From an uncultured cyanobacterium (GTDB lineage: Bacteria; Cyanobacteriota; Cyanobacteriia; Cyanobacteriales; CAWUOF01), in NCBI GenBank assembly GCA_963744145.1, contig CAVUSO010000001.1, positions 1,536,001 through 1,600,000 of the forward strand: a stretch of DNA of 64,000 nucleotides, in the 5' to 3' direction. The translations under genes and the position numbers were made by a program. Shown piece after piece: positions 10,646-20,629 of this stretch (positions within the stretch are counted from its first letter, which is position 1; every line of letters starts with the position of its first letter). The notes beneath the pieces were generated by a model, which had not been told where the DNA came from, did not search any database, and saw nothing but the letters and a program-made list of their open reading frames with translations.

Positions 10646-10816
10646 TTATGATTCCAATTCCAATCTGACATTATCTTTAGCGATACAGTAGAGAATTTTC
10701 AGAATGTAAGTTTTACCCGTATCGTTTTCTCCAATCAAAATATTAACTTTAGCGTGATCTTGCCACTCAAAATGCTCGAAGATACCAAAATTTTCAATTA
10801 CTAATTTAGAAAACAT
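10646..10816 (-). pseudogene. Truncated AAA/ABC ATPase (N-terminal 56 aa only)
   Basis: MFSKLVIENFG..ILIGENDTGKT Walker A, then a stop with no Walker B. Confidence 0.75.
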
Positions 10817-10872
10817 CAATCTTCTCCCAAGTATATTATTATGTATTATAGCTCGATCTGATTCAGTTACCT

Positions 10873-10944
10873 GTAGGGGCAAAGCATTTCGGCAAATCAA
10901 TAATTGTTTCAACGAAGAATAATATTACCGAAATGCTTTGCCCT
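10873..10944. repeat. GTAG-type REP inverted pair
   Basis: GTAGGGGCAAAGCATTTCGG ... CCGAAATGCTTTGCCCT. Confidence 0.8.
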
Positions 10945-11032
10945 CACCATTTATGCAGCCAACAGATCAACTATATAATTAGCAAATAGTCATCAATTTT
11001 CCATTGAGCAGTAAGGTATAAAAATTTAATAA

Positions 11033-11082
11033 TTTGTTTGTAGTAAGTGATGAGAGCGATAAATCGCTTACTACAAACCAAA
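11033..11082. repeat. Short GTAG-type hairpin downstream of the GTPase gene
   Basis: TTTGTTTGTAGTAAGTGAT ... ATCGCTTACTACAAACCAAA inverted repeat. Confidence 0.6.
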
Positions 11083-11125
11083 TCATCAAGTGATGTATTT
11101 TCATTTCTAATTAACATAATCTAGA

Positions 11126-12430
11126 TTAATTTTTAATTCCTTTAAATTGCTCTTTAGCTGTTTTAAATGCTTCTTTCATAGCTGACTGAATTTTTTCAGG
11201 ATCGGGTTTTTTCCCTCCCATTAAATCACCAAAGTAAACACAAGCACCTTCTCCTAATGTCCAAGTATAAGCAGCAGCCCAAGATGCAGCAATCACACTA
11301 CCAAAACCAGGTAAAAATTTAATCAATTCCCGTCCGATCGCTTGGGCTAAAAAACCACCAGCGATCGCACTGACAATCCCACCAGCTTGAGATGGAGTGA
11401 TAGTTTGTCCGTACAATTTCCCTAAAGAAACTACCATTGATACTTGTAATGCTGTCAAAGCGGGCATCGTAGCAAAGGGTAACGGTACAGCAGCTAATGT
11501 AGCAGCCATGACCGCAAATGCTAAGATATAACGTCTAGCTACATCTCGATATAAATTACCAATTTGACTGGTAGTTGTTTGATCTAATAATTGATAAATT
11601 GCTTGTGCTTCTGCTTCGGGTAATAACTCAGCTAGGTGATCTCGAAATAATTCTAAGCCATAAAATACAGGATGATAACCATCTTCTTCCAGAGTAAAAT
11701 CAATTAAAACTGCTCGATCAAATATCCCAGCAAAAGCTGATTTAATCGCCGTAAAAGCACGGTTAACTTCCTCCACATTGGGTGGATAATCAGGATGATC
11801 AGTCAGACTCGATGGATAAACTTCATGTAAACAGGTGACAGCTAATAGACAGGGAATTTCTGGATATTTTTGACGCAATTTCTGAAGAATTTGGTACAGC
11901 GTATCGGTAGCAAAATCATTAATCTTAATCGTTAAAATCAGCACTCGTGCTTGACGATTTGATTGTTGCAAATCGCCAATCAGTTCTTCAATAATGCCTG
12001 GGGTATCCTGATTAACATCCCCTAATCCTACCGTATCAGTAAAAATTAGTAATGGGAGTTCAGATGAAGGATAAGCATAGCGTTCAGTATGTTGGGTGTG
12101 GGGGCGAAATCCTTGACCAATAATTTCCCCTGACACACCAGTTAAACCGCGCACAATGGAACTTTTCCCAGCTTGGGTTTTACCAATTAGTAAAGCTTCT
12201 GTGGTCGGTAATTGCGATCGCACTGTGACTAAAATTTCTGCAATCTTGTCTTCACTAACACTAAACCATTTCAGTGCTGTCTGTGCTAATTCATCTAACG
12301 GGATCACTTGTTTTAATCGAGTGGTGGTATTGGCCAAAATCTGCCCCAGGCGATCGGGTTGAGAATTTTTTCCCAAATTACTAGATGGGTTAGAATCAGG
12401 TAGTGGCGAGTTTTCTGGTTCATTAGTCAT
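11126..12430 (-). CDS. P-loop GTPase with C-terminal hydrophobic YcjF/DUF697-like region
   Basis: G1 GKTQAGKS, G3 DTVG; AAVPLPFATMPALTALQ helix region. Confidence 0.82.
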   Translation of the reverse strand: MTNEPENSPLPDSNPSSNLGKNSQPDRLGQILANTTTRLKQVIPLDELAQTALKWFSVSEDKIAEILVTVRSQLPTTEALLIGKTQAGKSSIVRGLTGVSGEIIGQGFRPHTQHTERYAYPSSELPLLIFTDTVGLGDVNQDTPGIIEELIGDLQQSNRQARVLILTIKINDFATDTLYQILQKLRQKYPEIPCLLAVTCLHEVYPSSLTDHPDYPPNVEEVNRAFTAIKSAFAGIFDRAVLIDFTLEEDGYHPVFYGLELFRDHLAELLPEAEAQAIYQLLDQTTTSQIGNLYRDVARRYILAFAVMAATLAAVPLPFATMPALTALQVSMVVSLGKLYGQTITPSQAGGIVSAIAGGFLAQAIGRELIKFLPGFGSVIAASWAAAYTWTLGEGACVYFGDLMGGKKPDPEKIQSAMKEAFKTAKEQFKGIKN

Positions 12431-12511
12431 AAGATTTAAAATGCCAGATTTGATCAGTAATCGATCCTAGGTTGCATCAGTATTTTTTTTCTAGTTTACC
12501 TTTTTTGAACA

Positions 12512-14425
12512 ATGGGAATATTAAAGGTTTGGCAATGGGCAGTCTTAGCACTCCCAATCATCACGATCATTACTTTCTTGCTCATCGCAGCAGCACAACA
12601 AATCCACACATGGGGGATTAGTTGGATTTGGGCTGTATTTACCTTAGTATTTGTGGGTTGGCGTTGGTTACTGGTTACATGGACTAAACCAGTTCGATCG
12701 CAGGTCGAAGCGATCGTCTTAGAAGTCCAACAAGAATTGGAGTCTATCCCTGATGTTAGTCCAATGGAGTTGAGTGGAAATGATCCCATTATCCAAGCAG
12801 AAACTGCATTGCAACAAATTATCAAAAATGCCCAAAATGATCCCCCCATTTGGGAAAATTGGCCAATTTTTTGGCAACGATGTCAGGAATTAGTCACAGC
12901 GATCGCCTATATTTATTATCCTCAAGTCAAACATCCCCTCTTAAATATATATATTCCCCAAGCATCAACTTTAATGCGGGGAACTGTAGATGATTTAGAT
13001 CGATGGATGCAGAAATTATCACCTGCACTTAATCAAGTCACGATCGGACAAGCATACCAAGCTTATGAACTTTACCATCAACTCGAACCATCAGTCCGCA
13101 AGTTTTGGCAAGTATGGAGCTGGGCACAATGGATCTTTAATCCAACAGCAGCGATCGCTAAAACTGCGAGTCAGCGTTATAGCACTCAAGCTAATCAAGA
13201 ATTATTAGGAAATTTAAGCCAACTCTTACGAGAAGTAGCACTAAAAAACTTATGTCGGCAAGCGATCATTCTGTATAGTGGTAGCCAACCACCAACTTTA
13301 GTAACAGGTGTGACTACACCAACTTTACCTAAAGCCAATACTAAAACCCTGCGAGAAATATTAGAACAAGCTGAACCTATTGCAGAAATTGAGCAAAAAC
13401 CAGTTAATATTTTGTTAGTTGGTAGAACTGGCGCAGGAAAAAGTAGCCTAATTAATACTTTATTTCAAGCCGACTTAGCTGAGGTTGATGTTTTACCAAG
13501 TACAGATCAAATTAAAAATTATCATTGGCAAATCCAAGGAAAAGAAACCCTCACCCTTTGGGATACTCCCGGTTACGAACAAATTAATCGATCTGATTTC
13601 CGGACAGAAGTATTAAATTATGTTCATCATTGTGATTTATTACTATTAGTGACTCCAGCTCTTGATCCTGCCTTACAAATGGATCTAGATTTACTCAAAG
13701 AAATCAAAACTGAAGTAGCTGATTTACCTGCGATCGCTGTTGTTACCCAAGTCGATCGGCTTCGTCCGCTCCGGGAATGGGAACCACCTTACTATTGGCA
13801 ATTAGGGGAAAAACCAAAAGAAATTTCGATTCGATCGGCAACCCAATATCGGACTGAACTATTAGGAGAATATTGCAATTTAGTCTTACCAGTAGTTACC
13901 AGTGATCTAAAAACCAATCGCTCTAGTTGGGGTGTTGAGGCAATATCATTAGCATTAATGACAGCGATCGCACCAGCTAAACAACTTCGCTTTGCCCGAT
14001 TTTTGTGTGATTTAGAAGCCCGAACTGTAGCTGCTGGTCAAATTATCGATCGCTACACTTTGCAAATGACAACTACCCAAGGAATCACAGCCCTCCTCAA
14101 AAGTCCAGTGCTTCAGTTTATTTCTACCTTATCAACTGGTTCCCCTACCCTAGCTTACTTGCTCGCAGAACAAATTCCCATTGAAAAATTACCAATAGTC
14201 ATTGGTAAATTGCAAATGGCTTACGATTTATTTTCCCTGTTGAGTCCCGCAACAACTAATATTGCTAAATTCGACCTCTTATCTTTGTGGCCATTGCTGT
14301 TAGAAAATTCCAGTACACCAGATCGTAATGCTTGGGCATTTGGTCATGCTCTGGTCGAATATTGGACTAAAAAACTAGCGATCGCCCAACTCCAAGAACG
14401 ATTTAATTACTATCTAAATATCTAA
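12512..14425 (+). CDS. Membrane-anchored P-loop GTPase family protein
   Basis: Two N-terminal TM helices; G1 GRTGAGKS, G3 DTPG, G4-like TQVD. Confidence 0.82.
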   Translation: MGILKVWQWAVLALPIITIITFLLIAAAQQIHTWGISWIWAVFTLVFVGWRWLLVTWTKPVRSQVEAIVLEVQQELESIPDVSPMELSGNDPIIQAETALQQIIKNAQNDPPIWENWPIFWQRCQELVTAIAYIYYPQVKHPLLNIYIPQASTLMRGTVDDLDRWMQKLSPALNQVTIGQAYQAYELYHQLEPSVRKFWQVWSWAQWIFNPTAAIAKTASQRYSTQANQELLGNLSQLLREVALKNLCRQAIILYSGSQPPTLVTGVTTPTLPKANTKTLREILEQAEPIAEIEQKPVNILLVGRTGAGKSSLINTLFQADLAEVDVLPSTDQIKNYHWQIQGKETLTLWDTPGYEQINRSDFRTEVLNYVHHCDLLLLVTPALDPALQMDLDLLKEIKTEVADLPAIAVVTQVDRLRPLREWEPPYYWQLGEKPKEISIRSATQYRTELLGEYCNLVLPVVTSDLKTNRSSWGVEAISLALMTAIAPAKQLRFARFLCDLEARTVAAGQIIDRYTLQMTTTQGITALLKSPVLQFISTLSTGSPTLAYLLAEQIPIEKLPIVIGKLQMAYDLFSLLSPATTNIAKFDLLSLWPLLLENSSTPDRNAWAFGHALVEYWTKKLAIAQLQERFNYYLNI

Positions 14426-14466
14426 TCAGTTTGAAGTTGGCCTACCGTTAACCGCACCGAATTGAC

Positions 14467-14871
14467 TTATAACTTACCGAGCAGACTACTGACAGATTTT
14501 TCAGCGTGACTGTGAGTAACTATGCCCGGACCATATTCACCGGGTTTGATTTGATATTTGACTAGATCGGCTAATTCTTGTAATTGCGAGATTGCTTCGG
14601 CACCTTCTAACTTCATCAGTTCCCGATCATCTCGCATTTCCGTCCAGGTGATGCCATAGTCTGATACTAAAAAGCGAATCAGATGATTATCACCTAAGCT
14701 GACCATAAAAGACCCACTATTCATTTGGCCACCGCAGGTATAGCAAGATGCTAAGTATCCCCGTCGCTCTAACACTATTGCTAGAGCTTGGAGATTCATC
14801 ACCAAGTCTTGAACAAATTGTCGGTGTTGCTCTGCTAATCTTACAAACACTTTTTTTCCTCCAGTGACCAC
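14467..14871 (-). CDS. DUF1815-like conserved cyanobacterial protein
   Basis: RLAEQHRQFVQDLVMNLQALA..ASCYTC recognised from memory. Confidence 0.8.
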   Translation of the reverse strand: MVTGGKKVFVRLAEQHRQFVQDLVMNLQALAIVLERRGYLASCYTCGGQMNSGSFMVSLGDNHLIRFLVSDYGITWTEMRDDRELMKLEGAEAISQLQELADLVKYQIKPGEYGPGIVTHSHAEKSVSSLLGKL

Positions 14872-15097
14872 ACTTAATCTGATAACTTTTTAATCTTTTC
14901 TTCAGAGTTTAGCTGCGAAAATTTCTTAAGCCCGGACCAGTAATTGGCAGCTAGCCTCTAATGATTAAAGTAACTGACCCTCCTAAATAAGCAATGTATA
15001 TACAGTTACAGTCTATTTAGCATCCTTACTTTGTTCGATTCAGTTTTCGCTAATTAAGTTCCGGACAAAAACTTCCCTAAGTAATTCATCCTGAGCG

Positions 15098-15310
15098 TTA
15101 ATTAACGTGCCACCAACCGAGACCAGGGCCAATTACCCGTACAGTTAGCCAAGCCACCACTAAAAAACCAATTCCAATCCAGGCACCTTTGGTAGACCAT
15201 TTTACAAATTGTTCTGCTTGAGTTTTAGTAATTGGTAGCCAAGGTAAAATGGTGGTTTCTTGGCCATATTTTTCACCTAAAGCAGTCTGACGACGTTTTG
15301 CTTCGCCCAT
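15098..15310 (-). CDS. DUF2839-like small membrane protein
   Basis: MGEAKRR start; GAWIGIG..VRVIGPGLGWW. Confidence 0.85.
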   Translation of the reverse strand: MGEAKRRQTALGEKYGQETTILPWLPITKTQAEQFVKWSTKGAWIGIGFLVVAWLTVRVIGPGLGWWHVN

Positions 15311-15401
15311 AATCTAAGAATCAGATGACAATTTATGTTCAAATTGATAATAGCCTTTGCTTGGTAATAATGGTTAGTTATTTAGGAAAATTAAAGGTAA
15401 A

Positions 15402-16934
15402 TTACCCAGTAGGGTGATCTGAATGGGTAAACAAAGTAGCATCTAAATAATTAATTCGAGCTAGAGGACTTAGAGCTGCTAAGACCTGATGTCCATAGCT
15501 ACGGTGGTTGACGCGATTATCCAGGATTGCCACAATTCCTTGATGTTCTCTCAACGGAGCGATCGCCCGAGTGAGTTCATTTAAAGCGACCGGTAGTAAA
15601 TACAACCGAAACCAATCTTGACGCAACTGCTTATAATAAGCGACTCGACCTGCTACTAGGGGATTTTCTAAAGAAGGAATGGGCAAAGTGGCTACAATTA
15701 ACAATCTTGGTACTGGTAAAACTGCTTGATGTTCTTGCCAAAATTTCCAACCGCTGATTAGTACCCCATTATCATCTAAACAAGTTTTTTCTACTTGAAC
15801 CCGTGAACCAAAATCCGCCGCTAGAGACGCCCCCACCTGATATTTCAGGGGCATATCGCTAATTAACAGGACTGTTAACCCAAAATCTGGAGGACTAACG
15901 CAAATCAAGGAACTAACTTCACGAATTAGGGCACTTTGAAACTGGGGTGTATTGGGCATGGGCAACCGATCGGGTAGGTAAAGCTGAATCATTTCATGCT
16001 GGCGATCGGTGGAAAATTTCACTGCAGTCAGATCCCCGAGTCCCATTTGCTGACGAAAAATGGGTGCTGCTGCGGTCAAATCCAACATTCCACCAATTAA
16101 TACAATTGGCTGCTTATACCAGATCGGTGCTAAAGCCGAGGCTACTTCAACCGCACCACAAAATAGGGAAAAAAAACCTTGCTGACGATAAATCTCTGCC
16201 CACAATAGTTGACTATTGGTCTGAAAACGCTGCCAAAAATACTGCCAAGCTGGTGGCCAAATTTGCGGGGTGGGTGGGAATACTTGAGCCAGCAATTTTA
16301 CATAGTCAATTTCCGCACCATCAAGCAAACAACACTGATAGGGATTGGGAGGATGTTGGAAAATTGCTCGCGTTAATTTTACCCACAGATCCCGAATTCT
16401 GTCTGCTTGGTCTGGATAGAGTTGCATTAATTGATGCCAATCAGCGGGACTGATTTTAGCCGTTAGTTGGTCACAAGCCCATGTTTCTAAATCATCAGCA
16501 CCATCAATAATCGTGGTAATTCCCCCTGGGATCGATTGATTAGATGCCAACCGCTCTCCTAACCAAGCACTAGGGGAAATCAACAATAGACCCTGAAAAT
16601 GATCATAAGGCCAGCGATCGCCTATCTGAATTGGTTTTTCGCTACCGATCCACTGCTGCAATTGGGGAATTTCTACCATCAGCAAACGTTGCTGCACTGC
16701 TTCGGTGGCGACCAAAACCACTGGTTCTGGCCATAATAGCACTGACATTAAATAGCTTAATCGATAGGACCCTTGGGTGTTCAGAGAGGGTACACCTGTT
16801 TGGATCAGGGCGCTCCGTCCCAATCGTAAAGCCCGGGCTACCAATCGGGCCATGGTCAAATGATGGGGCCAGTAAGGACGGGGATGCGATCGTAAGAAAG
16901 CACGCAAGGATTGATGGACTTCTGCTTCAATCAC
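15402..16934 (-). CDS. DinG/YoaA-like helicase C-terminal domain protein with degenerate ATPase motifs
   Basis: LIVATLPIPSLENP and GIVAILDNRV match the DinG C-terminal half; no canonical Walker A or DEAH. Confidence 0.75.
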   Translation of the reverse strand: MIEAEVHQSLRAFLRSHPRPYWPHHLTMARLVARALRLGRSALIQTGVPSLNTQGSYRLSYLMSVLLWPEPVVLVATEAVQQRLLMVEIPQLQQWIGSEKPIQIGDRWPYDHFQGLLLISPSAWLGERLASNQSIPGGITTIIDGADDLETWACDQLTAKISPADWHQLMQLYPDQADRIRDLWVKLTRAIFQHPPNPYQCCLLDGAEIDYVKLLAQVFPPTPQIWPPAWQYFWQRFQTNSQLLWAEIYRQQGFFSLFCGAVEVASALAPIWYKQPIVLIGGMLDLTAAAPIFRQQMGLGDLTAVKFSTDRQHEMIQLYLPDRLPMPNTPQFQSALIREVSSLICVSPPDFGLTVLLISDMPLKYQVGASLAADFGSRVQVEKTCLDDNGVLISGWKFWQEHQAVLPVPRLLIVATLPIPSLENPLVAGRVAYYKQLRQDWFRLYLLPVALNELTRAIAPLREHQGIVAILDNRVNHRSYGHQVLAALSPLARINYLDATLFTHSDHPTG

Positions 16935-16955
16935 GATGAGACCAATGACTTTTAC

Positions 16956-17828
16956 TTATCGGCGTCGTCTACTACCGAATGCTCTGCGGTTAGGAGCAGA
17001 TCGTTTACTGCCAAAACTACTGGAACTGGATTTTCTCTGACTAAATTGATTGTTAGATTTAAGGTTGCTTGAACCATAGCCAGAACCAGTAGAGCGACTA
17101 TTAGTAGAAGAGGTGGAGGAAGGCTTACTCACCTCTGGGCTTGAGTTAGATTTGTTTAATTGACCAGTAGTCCGGAGACGAGCATTTTGAACTACAGCCG
17201 CAGGTGGTGGTGTTTGATAGCGATTTTGGTATTGTCCCACTGCTTGATTATAAGTATTGCCATAACCACCATAGCCACTCAACGTTACTCCTGGGTGATA
17301 TACGGGTGGGATGTAGTATTGGGGAGTAAACAACATATTACCGACCATCTGACCAGCCAAAGCACCAGCGAAAGGAGTCCAAAAACTAGATTCTTGGCGA
17401 ACTACTACGACTTCTCGCTGTCCAGTTTGAGGGTTAGTTTGGGTTTCTGTCACCGCATGAATATATTGGATTTTAAAGTCCTCACTCAGGTGCAAGCTCG
17501 TTTTACCACTTGTAACTTGTAGATAGGTTTTTTTACCCTGAGATACTTCTGTATCGGTCAAACGAGCCATCATCACATCTTTAGTCCGAACTACTGGTGG
17601 ATTACTGTTGAGTAAGAACAGACTATATTCACCATTGACATCATTATAAGTAGCTTGTTGGACTAGATATTGGCCATCAGTTAAGTTTTGCGCGAGATTG
17701 TTGGGCTGGTTAACATTAGTAAATTGATTGGTATTACTTCTACCACAAGCAACCATGATGATGGCAAAACTCAAAGTCATTAACAGGACAAGTAATTTGC
17801 GAAACATAATAAATGATGGTAACAACAA
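16956..17828 (-). CDS. Putative lipoprotein with Ser/Arg-rich tail (start may be ATG 17807)
   Basis: Signal peptide with lipobox MVAC; SFWTPFAGALAG; low-complexity C-terminus. Confidence 0.75.
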   Translation of the reverse strand: MLLPSFIMFRKLLVLLMTLSFAIIMVACGRSNTNQFTNVNQPNNLAQNLTDGQYLVQQATYNDVNGEYSLFLLNSNPPVVRTKDVMMARLTDTEVSQGKKTYLQVTSGKTSLHLSEDFKIQYIHAVTETQTNPQTGQREVVVVRQESSFWTPFAGALAGQMVGNMLFTPQYYIPPVYHPGVTLSGYGGYGNTYNQAVGQYQNRYQTPPPAAVVQNARLRTTGQLNKSNSSPEVSKPSSTSSTNSRSTGSGYGSSNLKSNNQFSQRKSSSSSFGSKRSAPNRRAFGSRRRR

Positions 17829-17913
17829 CTAAAAACCAGTTAACCAGAATAAATTGTAGATCCCTGAGCTGATTTTTCCCAAGATTGACCAATTTCCAAG
17901 ATCAGGAATTGGA

Positions 17914-18522
17914 TTAGAGAGGAATTAATTCGGGAAAGTTACTCAAAATTTGGTCTGCCGTTAATTCATCACCTAATCGAGCTGGGGAAAAATGAATTTG
18001 GATGGCTCGCAAATTGTTTTGGTAGTGCAGATTCATTAAGGTTTTTAATCCAACTCTTAAAGCATTTATATCTGCTAAATCTGTTTCCAATTCCGCTCTT
18101 TCGCCTTCATAAGCAACTGTAATAATCACGACGATATTACGAGTTATTGGTATCGATAAAGGTGAATCTACACTAACATCATCATTCATTTCTACCAGTC
18201 CGCTTAAGTAGCGAGTGCCGGAATCTGTAAAAAGTTCATTTACATAATCAGCCGCTTCACCCTCTGACCAAAATACCTCACCTTCGTTAGCTGCCGATTG
18301 CCAATAGATATCATATTCTAATAATTTTTGGCAGATTTCTACGAGTCCTTCCCCAAGAACACTCAGGTCTCCTTCTGCATCGATCGCTTCTCTTCCCTTC
18401 TGATTTAGTACACCTAGTATTGGTGCTATTTCTGCTCCTACCAGGTGAATAAATAAACGACAGACTACAAACCTGGTTTTGCCTCTAAGTCGATTCAGAC
18501 TATCACTCCATGATGTCATCAT
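17914..18522 (-). CDS. DUF1517-like protein
   Basis: C-terminal IQIHFSPARLGDELTADQILSNFPELIPL pattern. Confidence 0.7.
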   Translation of the reverse strand: MMTSWSDSLNRLRGKTRFVVCRLFIHLVGAEIAPILGVLNQKGREAIDAEGDLSVLGEGLVEICQKLLEYDIYWQSAANEGEVFWSEGEAADYVNELFTDSGTRYLSGLVEMNDDVSVDSPLSIPITRNIVVIITVAYEGERAELETDLADINALRVGLKTLMNLHYQNNLRAIQIHFSPARLGDELTADQILSNFPELIPL

Positions 18523-18566
18523 TAGTTTCCTCTTGTTTGTATATAATTGACAATTAAAGATGACTT

Positions 18567-20126
18567 CTATTGCTCTAGGTAGTGAAAACCTTTGACAAAA
18601 TCAATAACAATTTTTCCAGTTGGCAAAGCGAACTTTGTCGCTGTTGATGTTTCTTTGGAGATGTTATTAGTGTTAGTTTGATTGATGAATCGTTTGCCAA
18701 AGGATGCGTTATGATGAATGGTTAAGGTCTGAGCACTAGAATTAGTTAAAACTAACTGAGTTGGTGACTGAAATAGGTTGCCGCGTTTGATCGTTCTGGC
18801 ATAATTTTTGGAATTGGTAATTTCTCCAACCTTGGCGATCGCTTGATTGATTTCTACTCTTAACTGCTCAATTCTTTGGGGATTTTTGGAGGTGAAGCTA
18901 TCGACTTCTTCCGATTCAATCAGCTTTAAAAAAGCTGTAATGTTTTCTTGGGTAGCTTCGGCATCAGTAAAGGGAAGAATGGCTAAATAAGCAGTAGATA
19001 ATAGTTGATCATCCGCCGCAATTCTAAAGGTAATGGTAGTGCGTCTCGGTCCGACTTCGATACTAGGAGGTTGACTCATTACCGGGTAAACTTGGGCAAT
19101 TTGGTAGTAAGTCGCAGCCAGAGCAAAATTGGATTCTTGCTCTAAAGGTGCATCGACAATAATTTGGATTGTGGGTAGGGTAGCATTAAAAAATTTCTTG
19201 GAATCTTCTGCACTCAAGCGATAAATTTCCGAGCGATCGCCATCGGGACTTAGATCAACCCATTCACAAGTCATCCCTTCAGTTTTTAACCCTAACCGCG
19301 ATACTGCATACAGTTTCGCTCCAGTTAAAATTGCGCCGGTTAAATCAGCACCAACCCAATCAGCTTGGATCAAGTTAGCTTGGGTTAAATCAGCGTGAAC
19401 TAAACTAGCATTCAATAAGTTGGCATTACTTAAGTCTGCACCCATTAAGTTGGCACCACTTAATTTAGCTTCGCTTAAGTCAGCCCAGCGTAAATTGGTG
19501 CCACTCAAATCAGCCCAGCGCATATTCGCTCCACTGAGATCAGCCCCACTCAGATTAGCCCGACTCAGATTAGCTTGTCTCAGTTCTGCATCTTTGAGAT
19601 TAGCCCCACTTAGATTAGCTCGGCTTAGATCAGTACCATGTAAATTTGCTTGTCCGAGATTAGCTGCGGTCATTGAAGTCCCTCTGAGATTGACTCCACT
19701 CAAATTAGCCCGACTGAGATTAGCTTGTCTCAGTTTGGCTTCGCGTAGATCCGCACCGCTAAAATTAGCACCATTAAGGTTAGCTCCACTGAGTTCAGCC
19801 CGAATTAATTCAGCGCGAATCAAGGTAGCTTGAATTAGTTGGGCACCAGTCAGATCCGCCCGAATCAAGTTAGCCACATTGATACAGGCACCATTTAAGT
19901 TAGCTCGACAGAGATTCGCACCACTCATCCGGGCCACATTCAATTTGGCACCACTTAAGTTAGCATCACTGAGATTGGCCCCACTCAGGTTAGCCACACA
20001 GAGATTTACCTGACTGAGATTGGCACCACTGAGATTGGCCCCACTTAAGTTGGCCTCACTGAGATTGATAGCAGTAAAGTCTCTTACTCCAGCTGCGTAT
20101 TTTTTTAAGAGTTCCTCGACTTCCAT
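18567..20126 (-). CDS. Pentapeptide-repeat protein with C-terminal globular domain
   Basis: About 270 aa of A(N/D)LSG repeats followed by CEWVDLSP. Confidence 0.92.
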   Translation of the reverse strand: MEVEELLKKYAAGVRDFTAINLSEANLSGANLSGANLSQVNLCVANLSGANLSDANLSGAKLNVARMSGANLCRANLNGACINVANLIRADLTGAQLIQATLIRAELIRAELSGANLNGANFSGADLREAKLRQANLSRANLSGVNLRGTSMTAANLGQANLHGTDLSRANLSGANLKDAELRQANLSRANLSGADLSGANMRWADLSGTNLRWADLSEAKLSGANLMGADLSNANLLNASLVHADLTQANLIQADWVGADLTGAILTGAKLYAVSRLGLKTEGMTCEWVDLSPDGDRSEIYRLSAEDSKKFFNATLPTIQIIVDAPLEQESNFALAATYYQIAQVYPVMSQPPSIEVGPRRTTITFRIAADDQLLSTAYLAILPFTDAEATQENITAFLKLIESEEVDSFTSKNPQRIEQLRVEINQAIAKVGEITNSKNYARTIKRGNLFQSPTQLVLTNSSAQTLTIHHNASFGKRFINQTNTNNISKETSTATKFALPTGKIVIDFVKGFHYLEQ

Positions 20127-20629
20127 TGGGGCTACCTTGCAAACATTTTTATACTTCGACTACGCTCAGTACAAGGGTTTTAATACCACCCAGTCATAAT
20201 TTTGGGGGATTATTATCTTTTGCCAAGAAAACCATCCTTTTGGTTTGGGTGGAGCCGCAGCAAGCCACTTTGAGCTAAATGCTCGCAGCAACGGCAAAAT
20301 GCTGATGCTAGAATTAAGTTCTAGTGGCCACTTTTTTTAGCTTAACTGTGTTGATCTACTTATTTATGCTGGGCAACATTATGTTGTTTATCCCGACATG
20401 GTTCTTCTTATCCTAAACTTTTTCTGTGATTTTGAGAAATAATCAGATGGAATTTTTTCTCAAGACCTGCTTGTTGGGTTTGATCAGCCTTAAAAAAACA
20501 CATCGTCTTGTTGTCAATCAACGGTTTTTCGGAAATATTGGGATGGGAAATTATTTGATTTTTTACTGGTCAGAGTAAAATAAGGATAGGATCAGATATA
20601 AATTATCTAATAACTTTTCTCAATAGTGA

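Noticed and set aside
15947..16939. Plus-strand ORFs of 168 and 102 aa
   Set aside because: Antisense to the DinG-like gene with no recognisable motifs
20230..20340. GC-richer patch upstream of the pentapeptide gene as a possible riboswitch
   Set aside because: Only short hairpins and no recognisable aptamer consensus on the coding strand
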